Source of the DNA: Ophelia neglecta | Taxonomy: Eukaryota | DNA: 64,000 nt | NCBI GenBank assembly: GCA_965285935.1 | Contig: OZ260667.1 | Span: 26,102,001 to 26,166,000 of the forward strand | Direction of reading: 5' to 3' | Shown: positions 1 to 14,154 of the stretch, one piece after another | Numbering within the stretch: position 1 is the first letter of the stretch | Layout of the letters: the number at the start of each line of letters is the position of its first letter | Notes under the pieces: model-generated | Told to the model about the DNA's origin: nothing | Seen by the model: only the letters and a program-made list of their open reading frames with translations | The model's database searches: none | Program-made: the position numbers and the translations under genes

Positions 1-2464
1 CTTTGGCTAGAGAATCGTACAGGACATTTTCCTGTTTGGCTTGTCACTTATTGAATTGAAAGAGCACCGCAAATATTTAGCTCTTCAAAACGAAAACTCA
101 TTCTAGTCCTAAATGTCTTATGCATAGTAGCAGGCGGTTCTCCCTACGGAAGTTCCCTTAATGCAGTCGAAAAAACAATGGTATCACATTGTGCTACATG
201 TCGCTTGTCCGCTGAGGATTAAGTGTTAATGACGTCACGTTTTCTTCTATAACAGCACACCTGACGCTCGTCAACATCTCAGACACGTGTCACTAAAGGA
301 ATGTTTAAAACCGGCTGCTTTAGGAACAAACGCTCCTTGCTCCCCTTAATAACGACGTTGTCACGACTGCAATGAGGCGGTTGTCGACGAACAGCAGGAG
401 AAGGCTTATGTGGTTCATTCACACTATAATGATCGCTTCGCACAATTATTAGCCCTGCTGAGTTCGGACTTAAAGTTTGCCGAATGTCGTCAAGAAAAAG
501 CAATTTGGGTCAAAGAATCACGACCAATACTATCATTGCTTCTGCCCAATTACAATAACAATACAATAGGCAAGACAATAACTATAAATATAATTGAGAA
601 CCAGGGACATTTTTATTAAAGGAGTCTGTTAAAGTTAACATGTTAACTTTAACTATTTTGAATATGGCCTACACAGACTGCTGTGCATAAGTTTTCCGTG
701 CTTCCTCTTGAAGTACCCATGTTATGGTTAAACATGCATTCAAGTCTAGCCGTGGGTCCGGCCTTTATGAAACAGGGCATGTTAACTCTTCCTTATAACT
801 GTCTTAAAGCTTAAAGCAACCTTGTAGATTAGTCTTTAGGGTGTAGGTGAAATTCTTTATTGTCTAGATTAGTGCTAAGGGCCTTCTTGGTAAATGCTTA
901 CATCACTTGTATGTACACGCATCAATAGGATTAATTTTGTTTTCTTGTTTCTTCCGTATTTTCTTGGTATATAATAGGGATTATTACAAATATACTGTCA
1001 AGCTGCAAGACATCAACTTGTAGTAGTTACCGAGAGGAAGCCGGATTAAAGTGTGCCATAAATACAATAAACTCGAAAGTTCTAGGTTTTATCACAAAAC
1101 AGGATACACTGTTTGTATAAATCCTTATCTAGTAGATAAGTGAGTGGTACAAGTGAATATGTTTACTGTAGAAACAGACCTGCCTCCATTTCTACTGAGA
1201 ATGTCTAGAAGCTAATCTGCTGCAAAAAAAGTAGAAAATAACCACTGTACAGTGATTGGATGACTAGACTGTGTCCTTGGAACTGCAGATATCCCGTCTT
1301 TATTAAGCCGAGATCAACGGGTCCTTGGATTGTGATAGAAGAACTTAACAATAAAACAAACTGCATTTGTCTTCTTATTTTTTCAGTGTAAGCTTTGCTT
1401 AAATTCGATCAATAACTTATTAACACAGAAGTATAATCATGTAAAATTCCACAAACAGACGATGCGGACTAAATCAACAAGGATCGATTGAATACATTAA
1501 TTGGGCTCTCACACTGTTGTTTGGATTTTGAATAAATTAGTATTGCCAATGTTTAGTATACAAAATCAGAATTCAACGTTTTTTTCTTTTCTTTTCCAAT
1601 GATCGAAGGGCCGATCACAACAACATTCGTATAGACGAATAGAAATATACCTGCTTAGGCTATGACTTATGCAAAGTGTACGGTATAAATAAATCTTTGC
1701 TCTGAAAGAAATGAATTCAAAATGAGGTTCTTATTATACTTTACTGGCAAAAGCATGATACACGAGGCAGTTTAAAACCAAGCCAAGTTGTTGCAGTCAT
1801 TCCTTTTATAATTAGTTTTCGAAATTAGAAAATATCCTATTACCTGGCCTCTCATGTGTAACGCGTGCAATGGTCGCTTTATCGTCCCAATACCATTACT
1901 ACTTTTCCCTTTTCTATCTGTTAAGTAAATGCATTTTATCTCCTCGTAATTCGCAATTAACCAGCGTCAGCATTGCCTGCTTCTAGCCTGTCCATCTGTC
2001 TAAGTTGGTAATACAGTGGTTTTCTTCATCAGTGCCATTTCGAAAGAGTAAGATGTATATATATATGTGGCGCAATTTTTTTCCCTGGAAAATATTAGAA
2101 AATGATTACCCAGAATAAACATAAAATAACATCATGGGTCAGGCAGGTCGATTTATTATATTTGAACAATTCAGGCAATGCTCGACTTTCTTTATATATA
2201 CAAAGTGAATTAGGAACTAACGTCACTTGGTTTAAATGTAATATTCAACTTAAAACAAGAGCAAAATTCTAAGTTTTAGTTACGACAAACAATTACTAAA
2301 CGTTAAAAGAGAAAATGTAAAATTTCATTTCACAGCAACGGTCTTAAATGCCAAGAGCAACATGCAACATAAATACAATTGTTAGGATATTTGTGACCTT
2401 TTTTGTTGGTAGCAGTTAAATCGGGATATTCACAAAGCATTCAGGAATATATAGGCCCATTGCC

Positions 2465-2708
2465 GGAATACTGGAAAAGCTGATACGAAATACCAGATAC
2501 GAGACGCAGATACGAGATACGAGGTGTTTAAAACGTAGCCATATGGACTAGGTTAGGGTTAGGGTGAAGGATAAAGTAAGTTATGGTTTAGTTAGGTTGC
2601 TAGCTTAACCCTACCCCTTACCCTGTCATAATCCAACTCAATCTTAATTTTTCGTATCTGTGTATCTCGTATTTCCTTCGTATTTCGTATCAGGTTTTCC
2701 AGTATGCC
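2465..2708. mobile_element. Non-autonomous DNA transposon (MITE), 244 bp, ~29-bp TIRs, 9-bp TSD
   Basis: Left end GGAATACTGGAAAAGCTGATACGAAATAC matches the reverse complement of the right end GGCATACTGGAAAACCTGATACGAAATAC (27/29). A perfect direct repeat CCCATTGCC flanks it at 2456-2464 and 2709-2717. Internal GATACGA-type subrepeats and TTAGGG-like/CCCTAA-like inverted tracts are present. GG termini with a 9-bp TSD fit Mutator/Merlin-type superfamilies (inference). Confidence 0.9.
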
Positions 2709-4660
2709 CCCATTGCCGCCTGCTTTGCCTGTGGTAGATATTCAGATGAGTCATTCCCACTGAAAAACGCCTGTCTCTCCACGAGAATTATGAAGTTCTC
2801 TTTATCACAGTGAACGCCGAGAAACGGTCCTCCGCGGGGAAATCACCAAACAAAGCAAAGTGGATGGTATTTCAACTTAGTGCCATCTGGAGTGACATAA
2901 GGAGTCCCAGCATTGAACTCTAGAGTGTTGGTTTCGTCTTCTAGGAGACCTAATTCATGTCATGGTCTAGCTGTTTGCTTAGTCCGTCATATGATATAGG
3001 AAGGAGAGGTTCTTTGTTAAACTTATTCCTATTAAACGTTGAATAATTATGGCGCATCAATCACATCAATCAAATGTCTGTCCAGGTACGATAGGCCCAC
3101 CGCAGATTAATACGTGCTTTAATAAGACTTAGTTAAAGCCTTTGCGGTTAACATGTTTACACCGACGCTGTATTAAGTAGGTATTTGGTTCCTAAATTGA
3201 CGCTTTAAGAGGATGTAACCAAAGACAGACTTTGTACATTATCTCAATCGATGACAGATGGTTGGGTTTACTCATAAGCTTGACGAAACTAAACGGGACA
3301 CGAACTCAACGTCTCCTTTTGATTTTTGCAGTCATATCTTCTGAAAGAAATTCAAAATGGTTGAGTATTTCACAGTTGGTGATACCATATTTTTGATGAC
3401 TCCTTAACATAATACTTACCGTCAACAAAAAAAAAGTTTCAGAAAATAAGTTAAAAGAGTACTCGCCAAATTATATAAAATGCTTGCGGAAATAAAACCT
3501 CACAAACATAAACATTAACAATAATCATAAGTCGTATACATCACAAGTGCACAAAGACATATTTTACGATTCTTATATATGGCTCCTTCATGAGAAGCTA
3601 TGTGGCATTCATATATCATTTACTTCACACTTGAAAGAGGGCAACGTTAGTGTATAACTAAAGAAAGAACAATATGCCGCCTAAATTAAAGTATATATTA
3701 TAATAATACCACCTCGCCTTTCTCCAGATCGAAAGTGGTTACTTTTATAATTTGATTCGTTGCCAATAAAAGTCTTCGCCAACATTAAACTCATACAGTG
3801 TTTCTGATGTAATGCTTACTCCCCCCCCCCCTCCCCCTCCGAACGTTTCGTTTAATTTGGACAACTGTGGCTTTTCTATTCAGGTTTAATGTTTCTTTCC
3901 AAGCTCTATGCTGTGGTAGAGTTTTAACTCTGGCTGTCATCATTTATATGGCCACCTCCAGTCTTTTTTCAATTAATACATTTCTTTGTTACTGTTTGGT
4001 TCTATCAAAGCGTTGCTCCCACGTTACTTAGGCCATTTCATGATCACCCAAGGTTAAACGAACGCTCCTCCCTAGGCAGATGAATTTCCATCAAGCTCGT
4101 CAAAAGGTTATACAATGCTGTTTAGGTTCTAAAGCCATGCAGACATGTCTAATAGGGGATAGGAAGGCCAACGAATGTCCCAATTGGACAAGTCATATAC
4201 ATGTTCTCAAAGACTCGCAGGGTCTTTATGTGATGAACGGTCGGAAGTAAGGCTAAGCTGTTTTAATCAAGGTCTGGTTTGAATAAGGAAACAACACAGT
4301 GGTCTATCTTCTACACACAAGATTATTTTATAGACAGGCTGCAATGCGATGTAATAAAGGATTAGTTACAAACCGCAGCTTCATCCTTCTCTCTCCCCTT
4401 GTTCCCCTCCCCCATGAACTAGTGTAGAGATTTGACATTTGATTACTTGTATTTGTTTTAGGTTTGATAACCGACATTGTGATATCATCTCTGCAATTTG
4501 AGATTCGTGGATGGCATTGCACCATTGATAACTTCAGGTGCATTTCATTCACGTGCATCACTACATAAACAACACAGTGGTACGTTAAATACGCCTGATT
4601 ATGAATATAAAAATGTGACAAGCATTCTAGACCTTATCAGAGTTGTATATTTGGCTTCAG

Positions 4661-7600
4661 GTTGTGACGAATACTGTGTAACCGAGTCCTTTATTGCCAG
4701 ATGTGACGAGGACCATGTCATTGTAATGCAGCGCGCGCAGTTCGGTCGGATGTCTTTGGGCAGGTCTGTTATTATTACTCTTTCATAAATTCACCAGCGA
4801 TCTGATCTGAGCCCAATCAAGATACATTCCTATTACTTTTTAATTCATCCCCCGCTCCTGCCACTCCATTTATAAGGGCAGCTTTTGAATTAGATTTTGT
4901 ACACATTTCGACAGTTTGACCTAATAAGGGACGCACCGTGGCTTCGAAAAAGTATTGCTCGTCGACGATAAAAAATATATCTTTTTATTAGTAGTCGATA
5001 AAGAAAACAGTTATCAGAAAGTAATGTGTTTAAATGTCAAGCCCCCCCCCCCCCACGCCCCTCCTACCAAATTCCGCTACAAACTTCCTTTACAAACTGT
5101 TGTTTTCTTGTTCTTTAGAAGTGGGAAAGCAATTTGTATTTCTCTCTAAATATGGCTTACATGCACCTTTTTTCATCTCAAAAATCTGCTATCGCCCCAA
5201 AAGGTTATCTCAAAGTGCGTGCCTAAGTATGGAGTCTCAAATCATTGTGCACATTCCAGGTGTGTGAAACGGAGCTTTGGTCACATAGGGTGCTCTAAGG
5301 ATGTGATTGGGCAGTTGGACAAGGTGTGTTCCGGAAGACAGCGATGTGCATTGAGCGTCTCTGACCAAGAACTGGTGAGAACGAAACCTTGTCCTTTGGA
5401 CTTCTCTTCCTACCTAGAGGCCGATTACAGCTGTGTCAAAGGTCAGATTTAAATGCGAAGAAATTTCTTTAGTAGGGAGTTTATGTAGCATGAATGCTGA
5501 TTAACCAATTGCTATCTTCCACTCCTAATTAGTCGCTATTGTATCATGGTGGTGGCTATTGGTCCAACTGTTTAGATTGTTTTGTTTATGCTCTTTATTT
5601 CACGCATAGAAATATTGTGCCATTTCGTCGCAATGTAAAGTAGTTTGTAGGAGGTTTTGTAACTGATAATAATGACAATAAGAGACACGAATCTGTATTC
5701 ATATTGTCTTGATTATTATGATACGTTTACCAAAGGATGGGAGGTGATGTTTATTTATCGAGGCTTCTAGCAATTTACGAAGTTAGTTGGGTCTCGCGTG
5801 CAATGTATTATATATAACTGAATATCAAACAATTGATAGAACAACCAGGACGATAGTTGAAATCAAACGGACAAGATGCAATTAGGAAGGGTGAAATCTA
5901 ACCGTTTTGTTCTTTCAGTTCCGACATTTGTTTGTACAAAAAGCAGGCGTTTCGCTGTTACCAAAACAGCAGGTTATATATCAAGTAGTCATCACCCACG
6001 TGACTTCCGCCATTGTGTTTACGAGTTGTCCTTTCCACCAGGTCAGAGGATAAACATCACGCTGATAGATTTCTCTGTAAGGAATGGTAAGTAGGTTGAT
6101 TATCGATTAAAACAAATGTCCTAGTTAATAAAATGGCATACGCTAATACTTTATTCCTTAGAATAACAGGAAACATCCGTACAAGAACTTAACGTTTCTT
6201 AAATGAAGAAACCATTTTTCACAATTTAGGGTCCTGCAGAAATATATTTATCAAATGGTAAATAGGAAATGTGCTAGGCAATCGCGAGTGAAGCAAAGTG
6301 TTTTTTCCAACTATTTTAACCTAAAGCCGTCTTCAAGACTGACCATGTAGGAGTAATCCCTCATTTTTCAGAAAGTTTGTTAGGTGACCAACACCTGAAG
6401 TTCTGTCAGCAATACGCCATTATCGAGGAGCCTCGTATTGGTAACAGTATCAGAGTGTGTGGTGGTGAACAGAGAGAGAAACACATTTACTACTCTCGGT
6501 CCAGTCACATCAACCTCAAACTAGTCTCCACAGAGTCCGCCAGGTTCCTTTTCAAATATCAAGGTAAGCTTTCAGGCAGGAAATTTAATTGATTTATATC
6601 TTAAATATCTGCGGTACTGCATAATGGTTTTCATTTTGAATATACACTACAAGCCTAATCACAGTTAGAGAATCGGGGATTTATGTTTGTAGGTCTGCAG
6701 GTGACGATTGTTAATGATTTCGGACCTATTCAATGGACTGTTCTCGATTAATAAATTTCCTTAAGCAGGCGGGTTTCCGATCCGGTCTATGGCATTACCA
6801 CAAACACCATGTAATGTTTATATTTTTCATCGTGCCTTTGTACAGCACTTGGCTGTCCCACCATTTCGTTGCCAGATGGCACCTACTCCCGACAGGAGGA
6901 TGATGCATTGTTTGTTACATGTAATGTCACCGGAGAGTCATTCCTGCTCAGATGTCGGAATTATCAGTGGGACGGAGAGCTAAAAAATTGTTCCATAGCG
7001 GGTTCGTTAAATATCCCTATAATGTAGTAATTGATGAAATATGCAATGATTTCAAAGAGACTTTAATTTTTGATTTTCAAATTTCGACATATATGTTTTA
7101 TACGATAATGAAAAGATATATTTATTGGCCTTAAAACGTTTCACCTAATCACCCATTTTCAGTAAAATTTCTGCCAGATATCACCACAGTTTCATTAAGT
7201 GACACTTGCTACCAGTTAATACTAGTGAGGGACACGAACGATCACCCTAAGTGCAACATGTGTGTTTATTTTAAAACAAGTTCATCTCGAAATCCAACGG
7301 TATTATTAATCCATATGGTTTTTCCAAAATATTGTCAAGCTTTCATGATCTTTCACCCATTTTGACAGTCTGCGACAAAATAATCTTTCGCACGTTCTGA
7401 CAATAAGGTTTGTGAGTATAGCTGTGCGACAGTATGAACACAAAAATTTTGAATGGCTTTTTTTAACGATTTTCTCTGTTTTCTGAATAAAGAGAAAACG
7501 GCGTTTTCTGAAATCATTATGGTTATTCAAGCGGTATCTATATAAAAAAATTCTAAAAACACTCCATGAACACACTGTTTTCCAAGAGTGTTGAATGTCC

Positions 7601-9208
7601 AATGTGAGAATGATTACTTCTTGTGTCAGTCAATTGCTTCTCTTGGTGACTCTTAATGCCAATATAAGTGTAAAGTATTACATGTGATTATCATTTAAAG
7701 CGGTGCTTTTTAAACTGACTTCGACGATCAGATTTAATGAAGCAAACGGGATTAAAGTGCACCTTTAACTCGTTCACACGATACCATTCAATGTCATATG
7801 ATACAATGGCATTCCATAGGCACAAAGAACATATTTATTTTGGCTCTTATATACCATGTACTGCTTTCAGTGGTCACAGAAGGCTTATTTTGGTGCAAAT
7901 GATCATGAATGCAACCGAATCGATCATTTTGGTCACAATATGGCTGCCCAAAAATAAAACATGATTTGTGTGATTAATTTTTGTTAGTTTTGTTCTTTTT
8001 GTTAGTAAGAATGTTTTTATTTTCTAACACCAAATTGTAAGGCTATTTCTTGCAAAATGAAAACACTCATTTCGACGATGACATGGCCATAGTTATATTT
8101 TAATAGTTTTCTCTTATCTTAGGCGAGGAAAAGGCCCATGAATTCGACCCTCCCACTTCCTTTGGGGGATTGCCCTCATTAGGTATTGGATTAAATTATA
8201 TGATGTTTTTCATTTGATTTTATCTTGAAGCATTTACAAGCAAAACGACAGAATTTGTCCCTGTTAATGGAGAAGTTCAATTGTGAAATGGAATGATCGC
8301 TCTGTAATCAGAAGCAAAGAGGTTAATTTAAGTATCAAATGCGTCGTTTGTTTAGATGGTTTTGGTTGGGCTTAAAAGCCTTATTTAATTCCATTACCAG
8401 AAACTACAAACCATTCCATAACTGTGTAAAGATTTTGCAAGGGAACTACTAAATTAAGGTGTTCAAAATTATTTCGTATTGAAATCCTACTTTTGATAAC
8501 TGGACCTGATCCCTTTTGCAGGTATTTCCATGATAATTGTATTCGGCGTGGCATTGGTCATTGTTGTTTACATTGCTATCATGATTACGTGTGTCCTGTT
8601 TATTCGAAGGTGAAATGAAATACATTACCGACGTATTATAATTTTACAAGTGATAGTTAGTAATTTAATCTGATGTTTCATTCACCTTTGACAGTTAAAC
8701 AAAATGCTACTAATATCCTACATTTATCTGCTATAGAAATCGCCAACGACGTGAGGGTCCTGCGTCCCAATCTATAACCCGTATGATACAGGATCCATGT
8801 GGTCACACACATACGATAGCGGCACCAAAAGAGGCAACCTCTCGGCGTTTTGACGAGAGGCTTCCTGTGCTCAGCAAAACTCAGCCGCCATACCGAGCAA
8901 ATTGTGGAGATTACGCAGACATTTGTGAGATGCACCAAATCGGAACTTGCATTTGCTTACACGATAACTATATCCGGGGAACATTGAGTGTTCCCACCGA
9001 CAAGGGTGACGCAGTTCGCCAGACTGGGCCTGCGCATTGTTGCAATCACCGTGGTGAAGCTCGCCTAGAGAGATTAGGATGTGTTCCAAGTGTTTTCGAC
9101 ACGACACCTTCCAACTCCATAAAACTGGAAGGTGAATTTTGTGATGATTGTGGATCTTCCAAGACGAAGACTGCAGTTTCTGTAACGGGAACGCTCAAGT
9201 ACAGATAG
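4661..9208 (+). CDS. Type I membrane protein: SUEL (Gal_lectin/rhamnose-binding) + CUB + sushi/CCP-like + TM + Cys/His-rich cytoplasmic tail; multi-exon, 5' partial
   Basis: Frame-consistent GT-AG exons: 4661-4763, 5260-5441, 5919-6086, 6372-6563, 6846-7001, 8123-8182, 8522-8609, 8737-9208 (about 473 aa to TAG). SUEL: C..ESF.ARC....VIVMQRAQFGRMSLGRC...CSGRQRC.L.V...PCP.DFSSYLEA.Y.C. CUB: GYISS...C.YEL..PPGQRINITLIDF...VCGG.QRE. Sushi-like: GCP..LPDG...VTCN.TGE...LRC..YQWDG.LKNC. TM: ISMIIVFGVALVIVVYIAIMITCVLFI followed by RRNRQRR. A further phase-1 exon at 4538-4579 is plausible. The signal-peptide exon was not found. Confidence 0.88.
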
Positions 9209-10399
9209 CAGAACCTTATTGAAACTCATACACAAGTGCCTGCTGATTTGACAAAACATATAGCACAATACAAATGCTCATCCAGCCTCAAAGGTTGGTG
9301 GTCTCTCCTAAATTGACGGCAGTATCCTTTCTATTAAAGGTGATTGAATGATTGGTGACCTATTACTAATTGTAATATTATTTTCTTACAGGCATGCAAA
9401 GGAATAACCCTGATGGTCGGGACAAGGAAACTATATTAGTGTACAATCCATCGGATCGATGACTCCGCACAATTTGATAAAGATGGAACACCATGCATTT
9501 CACATTAAAACATAGAACGATCATATCACGGAGAAATAAATCTGTCAAAGGATATTTCGAAAACATTTCGAAGAAATTCCACACAAAAATTTAAATCACC
9601 AAATGCTTGTTATAATAACTAAAGCTCAGCCTATTGGATGAAATAAGTTACATGTCGAGGAAGCAAAATAAAAACATTCATATGTACACTTATAAATGCA
9701 TTTTAACGTGTTCAACAACACAGTATAATCCCATGAAAGGTATCTTAATCACTGACATAGTGTATGTATAGAATAATAATAGATCAAGTGACGACGATTA
9801 TAGTCTAGGTACATGTTTTTATCTTATTCTGAGAACTCCAAGCAAATATGTTTAAATACTAACATCGAACAAGTCAGAAACAGAAAATGTTAGTTCTAGG
9901 TTATCAGTTGAAAAAAGAATATGTCTAATCTCCGCATTACTTTGCCCAAATTGGCTGTTGAATATAATTACACATGGTGGGTTATAAAATACTCGATACA
10001 TCATGTGAATAGTTAAAATAAAAGCAACACCCGAGAGAGTATTTGCGAGTCAGTAGTGCTAGAAAGGGCAGAACAGTGGTAAAGGGGTATACTACACTAA
10101 GAATTGCAGCCCAGTGATCTTGTATGTACATGAATTTAGTCCCAGAATGGTCATTTGTAGATACATCGGCAATTTTCGACAAATTGTTGCTGCTCTGGGA
10201 GTAGTACATCCAGTGAGTGAAGTACCGAGTACGAATGCATAAAAAAGAGATTACTTTAAAAAGCTAGGTCTCTTGAAGAAAAAATGCATCATAACCTTCC
10301 CTGAATTTTGATATTATATGAACATTGGCGGAGGAATTTGTGATAGCAAAGCAGAAAGTAGCCCGAATCGTCGGAAATGTACGGAATCTATGAGAATGT

Positions 10400-11140
10400 C
10401 ATAATGGCCACCAATGGGAAATGGATTAGTGAGTTGTAACACGGAAGGGCTCGCGATCTTAGTAACTTTGATAGTAGTATGCCAGGTGGTAAATAAGGAT
10501 ATCTTGGCATTAGCAACTTTTAACACAACAAAAATAGTGATGTCTTTTGTATTGTAGGCAAGCCCCATATATCATACTGTTACTCTTTTTTTCTAGAGCC
10601 ATACAGTCTATAGCTACTCTTTTGTTTTGTGCAGGAATGTCATTTAAACAGCAAGATTTATCCATTTAAAATAAACATGTATTTGTTCTCTGACGACTGG
10701 CACCGATATTCTATATACTAGGATCATCGTATATTCCTACGTATCTGTGAATCCTCAATCATCATCAACATTCACTTACATACACAACCGAACCGAAAAA
10801 TCATATAGTCTCATAAACAGCCGAGCAAACAAAATCACTATACCCGTATCAACTGCTCACACAGGCACATAATTAATGTAATACTGGCCTTTCCAAGTGT
10901 TCTTGATTTGATCAAATGTGCACTTTTAATCAACTATTATCCCTACAACACGGAATGCCCATACATCTACAATATATTTGCAACTGGAGAATACTCATAA
11001 GCAATCTTGGTGAATCACACATAGAATATATCTACAAGAAACCGTTTTGACCTTATGATTAAATACATTCTCTTTGACTAAAATTATTTCGTGGAAGAAA
11101 AACATCACTCAAATGGTTAATCATTGGTAGAGTTCTGATA
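10400..11140 (-). mobile_element. Highly degenerate LINE reverse-transcriptase relic (copy A of an old family)
   Basis: Alignable by eye (roughly 70% identity, estimated) to 20330-21050. Minus-strand translation gives eroded RT motifs: IRTLPMINHLSDVF (like YRPISLLNxLSKVF) and VVGIIVD*KCTFDQI (like DxxKAFD). Many stops and frameshifts. Confidence 0.55.
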
Positions 11141-12239
11141 GATTTTACTATTGACCTTACAATATGTATCTCATGTTTTATGGCAACGTTCATGTAACGC
11201 TAGGGGAAAACAATACAATATATGCCATCACCCGGCAATTTGCTGCCATTGAGTTTGAAAATTGAAAGCCACTCTCAATGTCCGATTAAGAATATATTTT
11301 AAGTGGAACTGTTACAGAGGGATGACCTTAGTTTAATCATTGTTGAGCCAGACGACAGTTTATTTGCATATGCATCGAGCTGCCCCCGGCGTTTACTCAA
11401 CATATAGCCATAGGTGATGGCCGTGACCCATCGAGACATAATCCACGCGCTAGTACAACGTGGCAGGCCCTCATGGATTAAGCACTTTTTCTTGTTGATT
11501 GTTGCACTAGACTTATGAACTACATGTAAGATCTTAATGATTGTCATACCTGGTAGGAACACTATAGTATCATAATCAAATGGTCATATTGATCAAAGTA
11601 GAATCGGAGTCAAAATTAAAGGTCTAAAACTTCCAAGGAACATAGCCTTGCATTGAAAACGAGAACGTTATAGACCATTTATTAGTAATAATAATCCTGT
11701 CCAAATGATATTTATGAGTTAAGACTACTTGACCGGTGACAAGTATACTTTTAATGTATGACGTCTGAGTATCTACACTTTTGTAGAAGAAAAAGGGGAT
11801 CCCGGGCATCTTTCCAAAAAAGGAATCCAGGAACTCCGATGTTAATATTTCTAATCAGCCAGACTGTGAGAACGCGAGAGGAAATATTAGTATAATGTAA
11901 CGCTACCCGTTTTTAAAGATCAACAAGAAAGTCTCAGTAGTAAATACAATCTTATGTTATTCAATGATCTGTTATATATATATTTATTTGTAACCTTCAC
12001 TTTCTGAAGAGTTGCAGTACATTATAATAGTAATTACAAGATAATTAATTATAAAACATTCAAACACAGGTGAGTATAACGAATAATGGAAAGAAATTTG
12101 AAATTGTTGATACAACAATAATTGATACAATTATTAATTTCCTTTTGCACACTGGGCTAGCAATGTGTACACCTACACAAGTCAGTACATTTGTATATAT
12201 TTATGCACTACTTAACCAACGTACATTTTATGATCATTA

Positions 12240-13960
12240 ATTGCCCTCGAGTAACTTCTACAATTTACCAATAATCGAACAATACACTGGTCAGTTTGGG
12301 GCATTATTTGATTGGAGGGCCACATGCAGTCATGCAGTTTATCTTTTCTTATTACATCATAACATGTCGCGGGCCCAATTCTATGCACATTTTGTCAGTA
12401 TGGTTAGTCATTTGTTACCTTTGCCCTTACTAGCTGCTACCCGTGTGTTATACATGGTCCAGATATATTCTAGGGCATTCCTTCTTTCTTCAAATGGGTA
12501 TGAACAGGGCTGGAGACTAATTTCTAGATTATTAATTTCATGCTCATACTGGTTTGTTCTTAGCAAACATAGGGCGTCTCTTTCATTCTGTAGAGCCGGA
12601 CACTGAAGCATCAGGTGTTGTAAATTATCACTTGCTATATTACACATCGGACACTCCTTTTTCGTGTCTTGGAAGTGTCTGCCCTCGTGAGTGAAGAGGC
12701 ACGAAGTACATGTCAGGAACTAAATAAGTATTTGACATCCTCGCACAGATTGCATTTTGCTTGCCGATGGCCACCACTCTAATTGGTTATACGTTGTCGA
12801 GTATGTAAGGCATGGGATTCTCCATTTGGCTTCAATGTTCTTTATAAATGTCTGACGGCAGTGCTTCTTCCAGTGGCTTTTTCGTGGGGTTATGCCACAA
12901 TTCACAATCGTTAGAGGAAATCCGAGGTGAGTAACACTCCTTTTTTCGGGAATTATTTCCCCGTTTATTTTTATTGGGGTGAAATTGTTCGCTGTACTGG
13001 TCCCCATCTATGGATATCACACTTTGAAGTATTAAAATCTATTCGCCACTTTTGACTATAGGTTTCAGCAGCTGAGGACATTTTTTGTAGGTGGGCATTG
13101 CTGGTAGCGGCTAAGGTTATGTCATCGGCGAAGGCCGGTCAAGATACGTCTATGCCATATAGGCGGCAAACAGGTTCGCGTAGCATACCCTCCCCTCCAC
13201 ATTTTAGGAATTCACATATAAGCTTATTAGGAGGATAGCAACATGGATAGCTTCCCCCGTGGTGTAATCCCGGAGGACCTTGAATGGTTTTGACATTGTG
13301 TTGCCAATTTGAACTCTAATTCTGAAATTTTTGTAGCAGTTCCGGAGTATCCAGTATAGTTTTCCCTTTATTCCATAATGGTACATCTTGTAGAATAGAC
13401 CGTCCGTCCATACAGTGTCAAATGCCTTGCGACAATCTAAAAGTGCTACATGGACATAGCCATTCTAAACTTTATTTTCTTCGATCATTTGCCGAAGCAA
13501 CAGTTTCGTGTGGATGCTGGAGCAACCTTTATGCGAGATTCCCTGGAGTTGGTGTATGACGTCATTCTTCCGAGTCCACTTGTCAAGTCTGTGTAGGATA
13601 ACACCTTCAAATATCTTACGAAGGCTGCTTAGAAGTGTGATTTTTCTATAATTATCTTTTTCCAGCGGATCTTTCTTTCCCTCTTTAAACAGTGGAATTT
13701 CTATGTCTTTCCGTAAAGCATTTAGAATTGTTTCTGTATTTATCACTGCATTAAATAAGATGGTTACCAGCTTTGTAATAAGTTGTCCTCCATACTTCAA
13801 GTGCTCGGTAGTTAAACCATCATAACCGCCTGCTTTCCCGAGTTTCATTTCTCTTATGACCTTTTCAACTTCAATTATTTCGATTTTATTTCGCAATATA
13901 GTGTCATCTGAGGTTCCAGGCTTTTCATCGACGTCTCTGTTGCTATAGCAACAAGTCTTA
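12240..13960 (-). pseudogene. 5'-truncated non-LTR retrotransposon ORF2 (RT + C-terminal Cys/His knuckle), RTE-X-like, disrupted
   Basis: Motifs KAGGYDGLTTEHLKYGG, IPLFKEGKKD...NYRKITLLS, LLDCRKAFDTVW, PAFADDITL (13121-13132 encodes FADD), WRIDFNTSKC and CPMC...HLMLQCPALQNER. In-frame stops and frameshifts split it over ORFs 13465-13971, 13204-13386, 12720-13007 and 12408-12647. The clade call is from motif recall. No TSD was found. Confidence 0.9.
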
Positions 13961-14154
13961 TAGAAAGACAATATAATTCCTTCTGCGCATGCACATGACA
14001 GTTGTAATGATTGGAAAAAAATACAATAAGATACAGTAAAGGGAAATGAACAAGCGTAATTTTCACTGTAAACGTAAGTCCAAAGAAAGCGATTAGTGTA
14101 TTATGTTGTTATCAATATTACGTTGAGGACAACTATTTGTGTTAACAACCAAGC

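Noticed and set aside
2551-2623. True telomere or chromosome-fusion site
   Set aside because: Only about two degenerate units per side, enclosed within MITE TIRs and a TSD.
10620-11140. Conserved gene using stop-codon recoding (shared stops and apparent wobble bias between the two repeat copies)
   Set aside because: All three stop codons and frameshifts occur in every frame tested. Eroded RT motifs explain the sequence better.
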